This document shows, piece by piece, positions 26,761-41,078 of a stretch of DNA of 64,000 nucleotides. Each line of letters starts with the position of its first letter. Within the stretch, counting starts at the first letter, position 1. A program made the translations under genes and the position numbers. The DNA is taken from assembly GCA_016748015.1 (NCBI GenBank), contig JAAOMT010000479.1, positions 763,069 to 827,068 on the forward strand. Reading direction: 5' to 3'. This DNA comes from Geosiphon pyriformis uo1. Lineage: Eukaryota; Fungi; Glomeromycota. The notes below the pieces were generated by a model, which saw only the letters and a list, made by a program, of their open reading frames with translations, was not told the DNA's origin and did no database searches.

Positions 26761-27959
26761 AGTTTAAAACGCGGATCAATGCTGCATTTGTGAATTTCTA
26801 CAAGATTAATCTATATAAAAATTTCATTTGTTGTTCCAAAATTGACTGGACAATAGTGTGTTTATATATTTAAATAAAATATATATTGGTTTTTATCATT
26901 GACTTTTATATTTTAATTAATGTAAAATTTAGACATTAAAATAAAATACCAATCAATAAAATGAGCTAGCCAACACAAATTTTATACTTTAAAGAAAATC
27001 AATGCGAAATGTGAAACTTGTAAGATTCAAAATTATTGAGATTCAAACGAGGTACAAAGTTTTAAAGTGGTAATAAAGAATTTGACGTAGAATAACTCTA
27101 AAGATGTTTGGTTAGGAGGTAAAATTAATCATGATTAGTACAGAGCTGAACTAAACTGAACTGAACTGAGCTTAGCTGAGGAATAAGAATGAACACAGAA
27201 TAACAATATGTGTAATGAAATTTTATAATAGGGGAAGTTGAGATTTTTCTATGAGAACAATATTTGGTCAAGTTTTTGACCTCCTTAATTAATGAAATAT
27301 TTAACTTTTTTATTATTCAAAAGATTAAAAGATAATAATGCAAATTTTATTTTTTTACAGAACAATTGGATAACTATAATAGTTGTTCCTGTTAAGAGAA
27401 TTAACTCATAGTTTTTTTTTTAAAGAAATTTCATACGAATTAAAATTGATAATCTATTAAATATTAAAATATTTTTCTGATTTACTTAATAATAGCCATC
27501 TATGTCACAATGGAATAAACCGTAGAGTATCCCGCGGGGTAGTGTACCAAATCCCATCTCAGAAATTACGTAGTACCGGGTACAGACATGATTAAATATG
27601 TTGGTTTATGAATGAGAATAAGATATAGGTTATAAGATTAATTTACCAATTTGAGAATACTACCTTTTTTCCGGGTTTCATACTCCTCAGATAAAGGTAT
27701 GGTAGCAAAGAACCCAAAAGAAAAATTTTCTCCTGAATAAACATGCACATGAATCATGTTATGAATTTTTGGGGTCAAAGATGTACCCAATTAATTTAAA
27801 TAGATTTTCCCCCAAAAAAATTTAGGCAATGATGCGTGAGCCATGCGACGTTGATCATATCGATTTTCTCTGATGGTAAATACATTTTTAGTTCGGCATA
27901 AACCATTTTTAAGATAACAATGACATTATTAAAAATTTTTACTAATGCATACTCAATGT

Positions 27960-30900
27960 TAAGTTATCCGTTTTTTTTTTTTCTTTTAAATTTTATTCAA
28001 ATTAGAAAACCCAATTACTAAGAATAGAATTATAGAGATTATGAATTAGAAAAGGGTGTTGAATGATTTTGAAAGTCTTTTAGACTAAAAAGTTTTTAAA
28101 TTATAATTAATAATTAGAATTTAAAATTTAAGATTTTTAGCAAAAAAGAAAATATTTGTTTAGAATTATTTATTTTGTAAAAAGAAAAAGAAAAAGAAAA
28201 AAGAAAAAGTCAAAAGGACCCAAAGATATGAATTTTTGTTTTAAAAGTGTAATTTTTCAAAAATTATAATGATAATATAAAGTATTTTTTTGATATTTTC
28301 AATAAAATAGTAGATTAATAAAGCTTATTTAAAGCAGAATATATTGAGCTATTGGTTGTTAAAAAAAAAAAAAAAAAAAAGGTTAATATTAATAATTCTA
28401 TTGATTTTTTGGGTTTTTATTGCATTATATAATTTAATACAATTTTAAAATCAATATCTATAAAAATATTATTTAATATTTATTATAAAAATTAAATTCT
28501 ATAATAAAAAACTCAAAAAAGCAATAAATAATTATGAATATTTAAATAATGATATAAAAAATTAAAGTTTTTTGAGTAAAAACCTTTTCTGAATCAATAT
28601 TTTATTTTTTATCGTATTTTTATATCATAAAAAGTAACTCATCAGAAATATACACTTTATTTTATTTTTTATTATTTGTAACAAAACTCGTTTAAAGCAA
28701 TGAAAGTAATTAGACATATATATTAAAATCAATAAAACAGTTCGGATGTCAAAATATACTTTATTTTTTTTTAATAGATTCATTTCGACAAAGTATTCAA
28801 ATCAAGAGTCTATAAATTTAATAAGGCAAAACATTTGAATAATAATTTAATAGATAAAATTAAAATCAAATCAGACCAAAAATTTTTGAGTATATTTCAT
28901 TTGATAAAAATATAAAACAGTTTCTTGTTTCTTATAAATTTTCTAGAAATAATTTAAAGCTAAAAATTAATTGATATTTAATTATTATTAAAAAAAATAT
29001 TTACAATTGACATTGGCATCCATATATACATATACTTTTTAAAAAATTGGCATTTTATATTGATGTTGTTTTCAGAATTATTATAATGATTTATTCAAAC
29101 AAAAAACTTTAGATTTTTAATATTATAAAACTAATTATTTTATATTAAATTATTTGCAATCTTGAATTGAACTATTCTAAAACATATAAGCTTTTCAAGT
29201 TTATTAAAAGCTTAAAAATTGAGAACATTAATATTTTTATAATAATATAGTAATAATAATTACACAAAAAAATAATAAATTGAACTCTCCACAGCAAATT
29301 ATCATGTCTTTTTTTATAATAAATTTCAAATTTAGAATATTTTTTCTCGTCAGTTTCTTTAATATATATTCAATTTTTTTTATGATCTTTAGCATTAAAT
29401 TATATGCCATTTTCAATTTTTTGAAAATTTTTACCAACCTAATTAGTATTATTATTTTAATCATTGTTATTGTATTTTTTATATGGATTTGTGCTGGTTA
29501 CATTTATTATAATCTTTATAATTTACATTATATATATAATTATTATCATACATTTTTTTAATAAATTTTATTGTTGGCATTAAAAGGTCAAAGTATTTTG
29601 TAACAATGTTTTTAATAAAATACTTTTATACAATTAAAATTATTTTATAATTATTTTTATGCTATTTTTGAATTTATATTATTAAAAATACTTTAAACAA
29701 TTAAATTTCAATCAAATAATCGATAAATGATATACAAACAGATTAAAATATTTTTTACTTATTTTATATTATTAAAATATTTAATAAACTATTTTAATAA
29801 AATAAACATAAACTACTATAAGTAAAAAAATATATTTCAATGAAAAACAATTAAATATCGAAAAATATTTTATAAAAAAAAAAACAAAGCTCTTAAACTT
29901 ATTTATTCAACAGTTTTAAAATTTACAAAAAAAAAAGAAAAAAGGAAAAAATGGTTAATTTTTTATTGATAATAAGATTAATGCAAAATATTTTGGTACA
30001 AAAAACGTGAAATATTATATTGAACAAACAATAGATAAGAAAAAAAAGTTTAATTTAGTAAAAATTATTGGAATAATTATATGGTTGTTTTTATAAAATT
30101 TTGATAAAAACAATCTAATCTTAATTTTTTTATTGCTTTATATTACTGTCAATAAATGTAAAAAATAATTTAAAAAAAAATATAAAAGAATATTAAATTT
30201 ATTATAAAATCTAAAAATTACAGCAAATTCAAAAATATTTTAAAGAAAAAACAAGAAAAAAAAATTGCTCTTTATATTTTTTTAAACTAACTAACCTCAA
30301 AGCTATGAGACTAAAAAAATACTTATAAAATTTATGAAGAAAAAAGTATTTAAAAAAATATTAAAAAATTTAATGAATAATAAAAATAACATTCGATATT
30401 CTGTCGCACAAAATAAAAGTTTAAAATAACTATTTTTGTTGAAATTAATTAATATGTCTTTTTTTTTTAACATCTAAAATACTAATACTGTTATTTCTAC
30501 TATTATTAAAATTGCTGAAAAAAACTATAAAAAAAACTTTTTATTTGAGTTGCTTATTTTTTTTTAAATATCTTTTAGTCTTAGTTAACTCTTTTTTTAA
30601 TTAAGTTAATTCTTGTTTTATTTTTTTTTATTTTTATTTTTTTTATAATCTTTTAAATTACAAAATTTTTTAGCAAGTTTCTTATTTTTTTAGCTGGTCT
30701 GTTTTAATCTCAAATTTTAATTGACTTTTGTGAATAAATTTTAAATTTGAATAAAAAATTATCAACAAAAGCAGTCCAAATTTTTTTAATTATTTTCACT
30801 ATTTTTTCACTATTATTTTTTATATGATTTAACAAAAATTAATTTAATTTTTTAGCAATTATTTTATTTTATTTAGGTTACATAAATACCAAATTTTTTT

Positions 30901-31640
30901 TACAAATTATATATTTTTACAATTATAACAAATTTTTAGTTAATTATTAATAAGTTTAAAAATCATTTAATAGTATTTTATACTGGCTTAAATCAAATAA
31001 GTTTGATAAAAATATTATTAACAACTATTTAATTTTTAACAAGTTTTAAATTAAATTGCATTAAAAATATTCTAATATATTTACAAAATATTTAATTTTT
31101 TTAAAAAGTTGTAATAAATAGATTAATATTTTTGTTTTGATAAATTAAAATAAAAGTAATTAAATAGATATAATTTTTATTAATATTCATTTTTTTTAAA
31201 AAAAATTTTTGGCTAAATATATTTATTATAAAAATTTTTATATAAATTTAACAAATTTTTTTTTGATAAATTACAATTACGACTTACTTTTAAAAATGTA
31301 TTGATTTTTCATATTTAATTATAAAAAAATGTGTTATCATTTTATTAATAACTGTATTCATAAATTAATACATTTAAATTATTTTAAAATTTGATAATTA
31401 AAACATTTAATTATAATTAATAAAAAAAAATTTATTTATAGTTATTTATAATTGAAAAAAAATTTAAAAATGGATATATATTTTTTTTCAATTTAAAATG
31501 CTTAAACTTGTTAGACAATTCAATACAATTAGGTTTTGATATAGAATTAAGTAAGATAATATGATTATTAAACAAAAAACTAATTTCTATAATAAGATCA
31601 AATTATTCCTTTTTTCAAAAAAAAAAAACCATAAACTTTT
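27960..31640. mobile_element. Extremely AT-rich decayed-repeat block, family not recognisable
   Basis: Very low GC, CpG-depleted, only spurious I/F/K/N-rich ORFs; same texture as the other TE-relic blocks. Confidence 0.4.
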
Positions 31641-31689
31641 TACAAAACTTGAAACATTAATTTCAATTTTTAGCGTTTTACACGTATAA

Positions 31690-31852
31690 GTAGATATTGT
31701 GGCGAATGAGAAAGCTAGTAAAATAAATTATTGGGGGGGGGGGAGGGGAAAGTATGCCATTTTCTAAATTGGAAAAATGGCATTTCATATACTTTTTTTT
31801 ATCACAACCTATCACAAATTATTATTAAATTCGCCACAATACCTCCATTCAC
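31690..31852 (-). mobile_element. MITE-like inverted-repeat element, copy 1
   Basis: Perfect 13-bp inverted repeat TATTGTGGCGAAT (31695-31707) / ATTCGCCACAATA (31829-31841) with an internal hairpin ATGCCATTTT...AAAATGGCAT. Its reverse complement aligns by eye with 37567-37719. Confidence 0.7.
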
Positions 31853-33709
31853 CATTGATTAACATATTCTGAGTTTTAAAAAACATGAATCAATTAACAA
31901 ATCAATGTAGAAAAACCAATTTAGAAAAGATCAGATTCTTAATTTTGAACCAATCATTACAATCGATTGATCAGAATAGGCCCGAACCAATCGGAGCTTT
32001 TGATTAAACATTTGTGTTAGAAATAGAGTTTGCGATGAGAGTGAGGAAAACTTAATTTCCAATTAGGAAAAAAATAAAAATTTCACATGTAAAATTTTTA
32101 TCTTTTTAAAAATCAGAAAACACCAATAGGATATTTTTATTTTATTTCAAATAACAAAATAGTCTATTTGAAAAAAAGTTTCTCGGCAAAACAATTGCCA
32201 ATTTATTGAAATCATTTTCTGGCTGAGAATAATAATAATAATTCGTAAAGCGTGTTAACAAGATGGTATTATGTCAGATAAATTGTTTCTTATTATAAAA
32301 CAAAATGAATTAATATGAAAACTTTTTTCAGGAAAGGAAATATTTCATAAGCTTTCACAAAGAAAGTAAAAGTATTCAATATGGAGTCATGTAAAACGTC
32401 AAGAAAATGCAGTAAAAAAATTCTTGCATTCTCGAGAGAAGAAGTATTTGATGTAACAATTTGAAAAAGCATGTCGAAAATAATTTTTCATGTAATTCTT
32501 GGCGGGTTTCACAAATGCCAAAAAAAATGGTAATTTTATAAAAAGAAAATTCTTCAATATTAATAATATATATACATTGAAAAAGTATCTTATCCAATTA
32601 CATGTAACAAGAAACAAAGAAATATTATTTTTTAATGAGAAAATTTTCAATAGATATTTAAAAGTTTTGAGTAATATATATTTAGAGATATCTTTAAATC
32701 TTTAAGCTATGCATATTCAAAAATTGTTTCATATTTATATATACATTTTAAAAAAAAAAACTTTCTAAATTTAGATTATGATAATTCTTTGATATTATAA
32801 GTCTAGATTCCTTCTTTAATTTCTTTTTCCTAATTTATATTTTTTTTGAATACTTGCAGAAATCTTGGGACCACTAACTTAATTAAATTGATTCACAACG
32901 TCATATGTCGTTCAAATCCATAACTAGAATGTTAATTTTATTTAACACACAACAAGGAATCAAAATGTTTCATAAAAAAAAATCCCTCCTTCCATCCCCC
33001 TCCCATTTTTGAATCTTGAATAAAATTAATAAAGTCTGCATAGAATAATTCTTTTCAAGTTTTATTCTTAACAAGTTAACATTAAAATTTCTCCCTCCAA
33101 TTTAGATATATTTAGGGAATAATAGTCTGTTCAATTATAAGATTGAACAATAAATTAGAAACGGAATACATGTAAATGTTCATATTCCCACCATTTTTTT
33201 GTGTGTCAATAAACTGTGATATTAAAAATATTCGAATTTACATATATATGAGAGGTTTTAAAAATTAAACTTTTTTTTAACCCAGTTTGAATTACAAATA
33301 TAAATAAAACTTTAATAAATTTGAAATTTAAAATTTTAATCAAAATAATTTTGAACTTTTTCATGCTTCCCCAAAGAATTCTTTTTTTAAATTATTCGAA
33401 TTAGGGGGAGAGTGGGTTTTTTTTTCATAAATCTAAAACCATAGAAAGGATCGTATAATCAAACCTGGTTCATCATTATTAACCAATTATTTACAATATT
33501 ACCCTGAAAAAGGTGTTTCAGCCAGCTTTATAAATAGAATTTTTTTGAAAATTTTAAATTCTGCATAAAATTCTGCATATCTTCTTATCTCATACGTCAT
33601 AAAAATAATAGTTAGATAAATTAGCTAGATAGCAGAATGATTTTTTTTTGATTATTGTGAAAGAATAAAAAATTTCAAAGAAATGTTTTCTTAAAAATGG
33701 AATAATATC

Positions 33710-33711
<2 letters not shown>

Positions 33712-33743
<32 letters not shown>

Positions 33744-33758
33744 TATCATTATCATTAT
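33712..33758. repeat. Compound microsatellite (CAT)n(TATCAT)n
   Basis: Read directly; same compound structure as 26691-26760. Confidence 0.9.
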
Positions 33759-33920
33759 TCTCTATTTTTTTTAGCTCATAAAAAATACAGTCACTACTAT
33801 CTAGCATTGTCCTAAAAATCATACACCAAATGATGAAAGATGATTGGTCCCGTTTAGGATCCAATTATCAAATTTTTCTATTTACTATTTCTGGCAGTCT
33901 ATCTTTCATTCCGTTGTTTT

Positions 33921-33967
33921 TGTTGTTGTTGCTGTTGTTGTTGTTGCTGTTGTTGTTGTTGTTGTTG
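33921..33967. repeat. (GTT/GCT)n microsatellite
   Basis: Read directly from the sequence. Confidence 0.9.
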
Positions 33968-35013
33968 CTTTTGTGAACCTCCTTAATCTTTAAAAAGGTT
34001 TTTGTGTTGCAGTTTAAATGATTTGTTTTTTCTTATTTACAACATGAACTAAACTACTTGAATACCACAATAAGGTAAAAGTTCTCTGTAATGTATCCTG
34101 CAAACTTGTCCGAAAGACATTTACAATGCATCATACTACGACATACATTAATAATATTAGTAATAATAATAATATTAAATAAAAAGAAATAAAAACCTGT
34201 GATCGAAATAGGGATTAAAAAGATCGGATGGCAAAATTTTTTTTAAAATTCTATTTTAAATTTAATAATTTTGATTGATTCACTTTAACAACAATCATAT
34301 AAAGATTATGTTTCTGATTTAGGTATATTTTAAATCTAGTGTATATTAAAATTGTAATTCCATATCAAAAAATAATAAACAGCTGTAAGTTAATGCAATT
34401 AATGTACCAATCGCGCCAAAAACAGAAATCTTTAATTTACACAACACTACGTTCACGTCACGGATTTAAAAGTTGATAAAGCTAATATTAATTGTCTTTT
34501 AAAAAGTTATATATATATGATCAATGAGGAAAAAGTGAAGAGTTTTTTTTGAAAGGATTTTTTTTCTTTTTTCCCCCACTTTCTTTGATTTTAGTTTCAA
34601 AATTAGAAACAGTTTTAAAAAAAATTCTAGTTTTTTTTGAAATATCTCATTCTTTTCAAAGAACTTTTAAGAAAAGTCTATCTGGTCAGCTATATATGTT
34701 TTGTTTAAGCAGCAGCAGCAGCAGCAACAACAGTCTTTCTCATTGTTCCAGTAAACAAAATTAGCAAAATAAAATCATCATTGAAAACAGAATCAAAATC
34801 ATTCCGCTTGATTCGCATACCTGTGATTAGTGACGAATTTCTCAAAATATACAAATATCACATATTAATATACCTTCCAAGCGTGAATCAAACTAGAATC
34901 TACTCATCTTTACCATCCTCATCATCATCATCATCATCATCATCACCATCACCATCAATTATCATCACCAGTAGCAACAGAACGTTACCTACGAAAATCT
35001 TGAACTCAAAAAA

Positions 35014-36431
35014 ATGATAGACGAGATTACAATCGGTCGATTCGCTATAGTTTCATTTAGCACACTAAGTAATGCGGCTGTGACAGGAATGATAATATGG
35101 ATTTTAATACAAAAACATCCTAATCAAACTGTTAGTCGACTGGTATTGAATATGTTGTTCTCTGATTGGTTACAGAGTGTCGGTTTCATGATGAGTTTGA
35201 GATGGATCGCATCAGGGGACATTAGTCCTGGAGCATTTTGTAGCGTACAAGGAATTATTATTAATATTGGAGATGTTGCTTCAGGTGAGAAACCCATCAT
35301 TTTATCCATGTTAAAATTTACCCTTTCTCAAATACATGTCCCCATGATAATAAAATCGAAATTTGGAAATGAATAAATAAATATTTAAAAATTTTTATTT
35401 CAGGATTTTGGGCAACAGCAATTTGTCTTCATACGTACATGGCCGTGGTCCACTCGTTCGAAGCAAAACATTACCTGTTAATTGCTATGACTTTAATCTG
35501 GCCTTTCAACATTTTTATTGCTGTTGTAGGATTTTTACTTGAAACTCCTGAAGTACCCTTTTTTGGATCAGCTGGTGGTGCATGGTGTTGGATCGCAGCA
35601 GCGTATCCCGGATATCGAATTCTCTTTCATTACGGGATCATTACGATTTTAGCCTTCATCATGATTTTATTATATGGCACCATGTTTATCATGATTTATC
35701 GACATCAAGGTTCGATTCAAATGTCGAACACAAAAGTTGTTCTGCAACGAACTGGGAAAAAGTTGATTTACTATCCAATTTCGTATATACTTTTAGTTTT
35801 TCCCTTGGCCTTTCGTAAGTGATTCGTTTGTTTGTTTGTTTCTAATGGCTTTATTTAGGAAAATTTTTGAATCTATAATTAACTTGCACTTTTCTTTCTC
35901 AAATATTTCATTTATTTAGAACGTTATATTGCTGTATTAGGAATTCATTTCCCATTAACATAGTAAGTTTTCCTTTGCTAATTTCGCAAATGAAATGACT
36001 GATGAATTTGACATTAATTAATCCAATCTATCTTTTATCCCGTATCTTTTAATAGTCTCCTAACAGCCGGCTGCATATTCACTTCAGCGGGTTTAGTAAA
36101 CAGCATCATTTACGGATTTACACGTAATGTAGTAGCGATGAAACCTTTATTCGAACGAGAATTTGATGAAAAAGCAGTGACAGGAATGGATGGTCTTACA
36201 AGGGGTCCAAACACCATTCTTGGAGGTGGTACAACTCCTCAACTAATATTTGTTAATGTGAGTGCCCCATCAAACTCAACAGACCGACAATCATTATGGC
36301 AAAAAAATTCAGATTTCAATAGTTCAAAATTGGAACAAGGAAGTATGAATTCTAGGGCTACTGATGAGACGAACTCGAGGGACAATTCATTGATACCTGA
36401 ATCACCTATTGATGAGGTTCATGCGATATAA
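35014..36431 (+). CDS. 7TM G-protein-coupled receptor, Git3/Gpr1 or cAMP-receptor-like; exons 35014-35284, 35404-35814, 35920-35962, 36056-36431
   Basis: Motifs: LVLNMLFSDWLQSVGF (TM2), FCSVQGIIINIGDVASGFW (TM3), GGAWCWI (ECL2), KLIYYPISY (TM6), GCIFTSAGLVNSIIYGFTRN (TM7). Three GT-AG introns keep the frame. Confidence 0.88.
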
Positions 36432-37107
36432 TCTAGCCGAATAAACGAGTGACAAATCTTATTAGTGAAACTTCAATTTTTGTCGCTCCAATAGTTCACA
36501 CACGTTGTAAAAAAGCAATTTTGTATAATATTTTTAGTCCAAGGGTTTTCACGAATAAAGATGAAGATGAAGATGAAGAAGGAGATTATGATGATAGATA
36601 ATTTTATCAAAGATAATTTCTGCCTTATATTGCACACATTTTTTAACATAAAAACTTAACATTTTAGATTTAGATTTTAGATTTGTTGTTTTTTTCTAGC
36701 TAGCTATATTTGGTTTAACACTTCTATTTTTAAGTTCCTGCAAACATTCTAGTTGACAAATTGACCTTTGAAAAAGTCAAAATATCCCCTCATATCATTC
36801 CGTTTTGTATTTATTTTGTATACTATTCTGTATTTTTAATTTTGATGGTCATTTGTTTAGTTTTTTATTTTTATTTTTATTTTGAAATTTCGGGCTTTTC
36901 CTTTTTAAGGTCACCCTGTCCAGTATCACTAATATATAAAGGGTAAAATCTCTTATGCACCCAATTTAGTTAAAAAATAAATTAATGTAGAAAGAGCCGA
37001 AAAGAAATTTTATTTTGTTTGACCAAATATCTAAAATTAATATTTCCCGAAATTTGGTGCATACATGATAATGCATAAATGTCTATTATGTATGCATATA
37101 TGTCTTT

Positions 37108-37155
37108 TATGTATGTATGTATGTATGTATGTATGTATGTATGTATGTATGTATG
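37108..37155. repeat. (TATG)12 microsatellite
   Basis: Read directly from the sequence. Confidence 0.95.
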
Positions 37156-37566
37156 TGATTATGAAATATGAAGTTTCGAGATTTTCTCAAAATATGAATA
37201 TTCGAAAAAATCCAAGAATTTCTGAAATTCTTTTCTGCCTTTGCATATATATTTTTTTCAATTCTGAAAGGAAATCTTTGAAAACTTTGCATAAACAATC
37301 ATTAGATGGGTTCCTTATGATTATTATTTCCCTTTATTGCTTTAATAATACCCATATTAGGAATTGTATGAGTTATTTTTATTAGATTCCAAGAGAGAGA
37401 GCGAGAGAGATAGAGAGTAAGTTTTAAATCATAGACATGCCGAAATTTTTATTAAATTAAAGGGATATATTTACATTGTATAAATTTTTACAAAATTTGA
37501 CTTTTAAGCACAAAAGTTGATTAACAGAAAAAATTAGCATAAGGTAAAAAAGGGGATGATATTTTA

Positions 37567-37719
37567 GACGATTGGAGTTATTGTGGCAAAGTTAATAATT
37601 TGTTCAGAGTTGTGATAAAAGAGTCATTTGTTCAAATGAAAAAATGACATAATTTTTACGTGTCTTAATTTTGCGCGCGAATTTATTTTGCTAAATTTGC
37701 CACAATACCGTAATTCGTC
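37567..37719 (+). mobile_element. MITE-like inverted-repeat element, copy 2
   Basis: Inverted repeat TATTGTGGCAAA (37579-37590) / TTTGCCACAATA (37696-37707), extending imperfectly outward to GACGA/TCGTC. Internal hairpin GTCATTT...AAATGAC. Confidence 0.7.
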
Positions 37720-40700
37720 ATTTTAACCTCTTTTACATTATGTTACCTTATATGTAAAATATTGTTTTAAGTTAAATTTATTATTAACATCAAATCAACT
37801 TTTAATGTTTATCACGATAGAAATTTTCAAGAAGAAACTAAATGTAAATTTAATTATTCATTTATTTTTTGGTGGTCAATTGGCAACTTGTATTCCAAAG
37901 AGAGACTAGTCTCTACCTAATGCTCCAGAAAATCCTTATTTAATATAGCCTTTTGAAGCTTTTTAGCTCTTGATATACAGGTTTATTCCAATACCATAAT
38001 TATTTATGAAAATTTCTTTGAAACTAAAATCAATTATAACCTTTATATATATCTTTAAACATTGATGTTCTTTTTAGCAATACCATTATTTCGATCAATC
38101 TGTATTTTAACCTTTCTTTACAACAAATGACTTTTTTAGCATAAGATGAGCAGCTTAATATTCGATAATTTTCTCACGTTATATTACTATAATACCCTTT
38201 CTCACAAAAATGTAATGTAATTGTAATTTCAATTACCCTAAATAAAATTTTCAAAATTTTAACCATTTTGTTAATAAATTAAACGGTGACCAAGAAACTT
38301 CAAAAAAATTACCCAAAGCTCTTTTTATTTTCGATATCAAAAGAATCAATCAATCAATTTATGAAAAAATATCTTTCTTTTTTTTATTTTTATTTTTATT
38401 TTTTACATTTAAGGTTGTTACATAGCACGACAGACTTTGGGCACTATTTTTAGTGGTACATATTAATTTCAACTTTTGGCAATATTGAAGTTTTACAATT
38501 ATGTCCTATGTTGTAAAATGTAAGTAATTAAAAATAACATACATGTTAAATACAAGTAAAATGAGACAAAATTTTATCTTTTACAAAATTTACTTATCAT
38601 AAAAAAATGTGTATAAAGCTGCTAAACCAATAATGTTATGATTGAAAAAGGGGCTTATTTGTGTTTGGTTATAAAATATTTTAATAAAAACTTTGTTAAC
38701 TCAAAATAAATTATATATATATATATATACATAGAAAAAACATTGGTCGCATTTGAAAATATATGAAAACTTTATTATATAAAATAAGAAATAGAAATTT
38801 CTTGAACAAATCAAATATGAAAAATCTCCATTTCACATAAATTTCATACTCTCATTGGCCAGAATTCTATAATGTTACCAAACTTGTTTATCCGTACTTC
38901 AATTTGACAAAATTAGACCATGTGAAAAATGAATTACTTTGCTTTTTTTTTTCTTTTCTTTTCTTTTCTTTTTTACTCGATAAAATCTTTACATCGATTT
39001 TATTTTATAGGATGAGACATAATTTTACACTTTAAAAATAAAATTTAAAGTTATTTTTTCAAAATTTTTTAATTAATTTTTAAACTTGAACTAAAAATAT
39101 GATTTATTTTAATTTTTCTATAAAAACTTTGAAAAGATTTCTTTCATAAATTAAATATTTTATCACCCAGTTTTAAAATTGTTAACTTGGATGAAATAAA
39201 TTTAATGTTTAAACTTTTAATATTTTAGTCCAAGATATTAGTTTTTCAATAATTAATATATTGAAATTGAAATGTTAACAATAATCAAAATATGGTAGAA
39301 ATTAATATTAATTATTATAAAAAAAAATTTTATTTAAATTGGTTTTTATCAAATTTTTTAATAATTTAAACAATATTTTTCTTCTCTTTGATATTTATTC
39401 TCTTGACCATGATACATGTAATTAAATAACATTTTTAAGAAAAAATTTTTATTTGAAGTAAATAATCATTAAAATTAAAAAGATAAATAAATTTTTAAGA
39501 CATTTCCAATTAAATATATATTAACTTTAACCCTAATCCTAAATACATAAATTTTTTTCCGGGAACCAATAGAGAAACTTTCTTCTTTTCAAAAAAGGTA
39601 CTAAAGTTTCTATTTATTGTATTTTTCTTAAAAAACAGGTACTTAATTATTGCCATAAAGATTTCACAGTCAAAAAAAAAGATGATAATTTATAATTTTT
39701 AAAGTATATGATAACAAACAAAAAAGAATCATAAATTAATTTATCTTATTTAATTCATCTTCACCTTTCCCTCTAAACATAGATGCAAAAAGTTAGATAT
39801 TGTTTATATTATGAAAAATATGAAATTTCATTTACACATGTTAAAGGCTAACTAAGATTGATAAAAAATAATTGATCTAAACAAAATATCCCTTTAAAAT
39901 TTATCTATTTATTTCTTTGATCTCATCCATGAAAAGTACTGCTACTAAGACCAAAAAAAGAAATTTCCAAATCAATGATAAATTGAAAGCATTCCCAAGT
40001 TAAAAAAAGTCTTAATGAATTATTGGCCATTATAAAAATGATATTTGTATTAATTTAATTTCTTTGGTTTGGACATAATATTAACGAGCTTCACATGTTC
40101 AGTTAGTGATAAGAAATGGTTTAATTGTGGGATTATCAAAATTTTGGATGATAAACAATTATAGAAAATATTTTTGAAGTCTTTCTGAGTATATATAAAC
40201 GATCAGGAAAGGTTTTAGTTTAAAAATTTTCATCGAAATCATTCGTTCGCTTTCAAACAAGAAATAAAATTCAATATAAATATCTTATTTTTATTTGAAC
40301 ACCTTTTATTTGATATTAAAAATTTTGTAAAAACTAATTTTATGTTTTATATATGTAAAAAAAAGTATATATATATATGTTCATTTCAAAATTTAGCCAT
40401 TCAAATATCTTTCAAACACAATTAATGTAAAATTATCCAATATAACTTTTTACAAATTATCAGACTACCTTTTAGCTCATAAAAAATTGCTTTCCTGCTC
40501 AAATTTAAGAAAAGAGACAACCATTAAAACTGAAATAAAGTAATTATTATTATTATTTCACACAGACTTTTTGGCAATAAATTTAAAAAGTATACGTGAA
40601 TTTTTCACCTGATTTTTTCACTAGGAGGACTATTACCTGACAGCAGAAGTTTAATGTCACACCTTAGACCACTAATAATATATGCTAAAGGATTTATGTT

Positions 40701-41078
40701 CGAAAAATGTAAAATTAAAATAATCGATTTCATTAACAACTAGATAAAATTGTGCTTTAAAATTTGTTCTTTCCCAAAAAAAATTAACCGTTTTTATCTT
40801 GAATGAAAATTATTCGAAATTTAGCTTTTATTCAAAAGTTGATTAAGGATATCTAAATCAAATCGTAAGGTTATTAGTAATATCTTATCAGAATTCTTAA
40901 AATATGTAAAATAGAAAAATAAATAATCTTATGAATTTTGCAAAAATTTATATAGCTAAAATTCTTTTGAAAGAAAAACAAATAATATAAAAACTCAATC
41001 CAATTCTTAAAAGAAACAAGACTCATTTGCTTCTTCATCAATCTAAATATCCTCAAAAGTTTTGGCTCTAAATCGGGT

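Noticed and set aside
29237-29561. Short I/K/F/N-rich ORFs here and at 32376-32705, 55793-56036 and 58839-59388
   Set aside because: They are products of extreme AT bias, with no motifs or coherent splice structure.
35014-36431. GPCRs as Ste2/Ste3 pheromone receptors
   Set aside because: The motifs (C..QG in TM3, WCWI, YP..Y, G..NS..YG) fit the Git3/cAMP-receptor-like group rather than STE2 or STE3.
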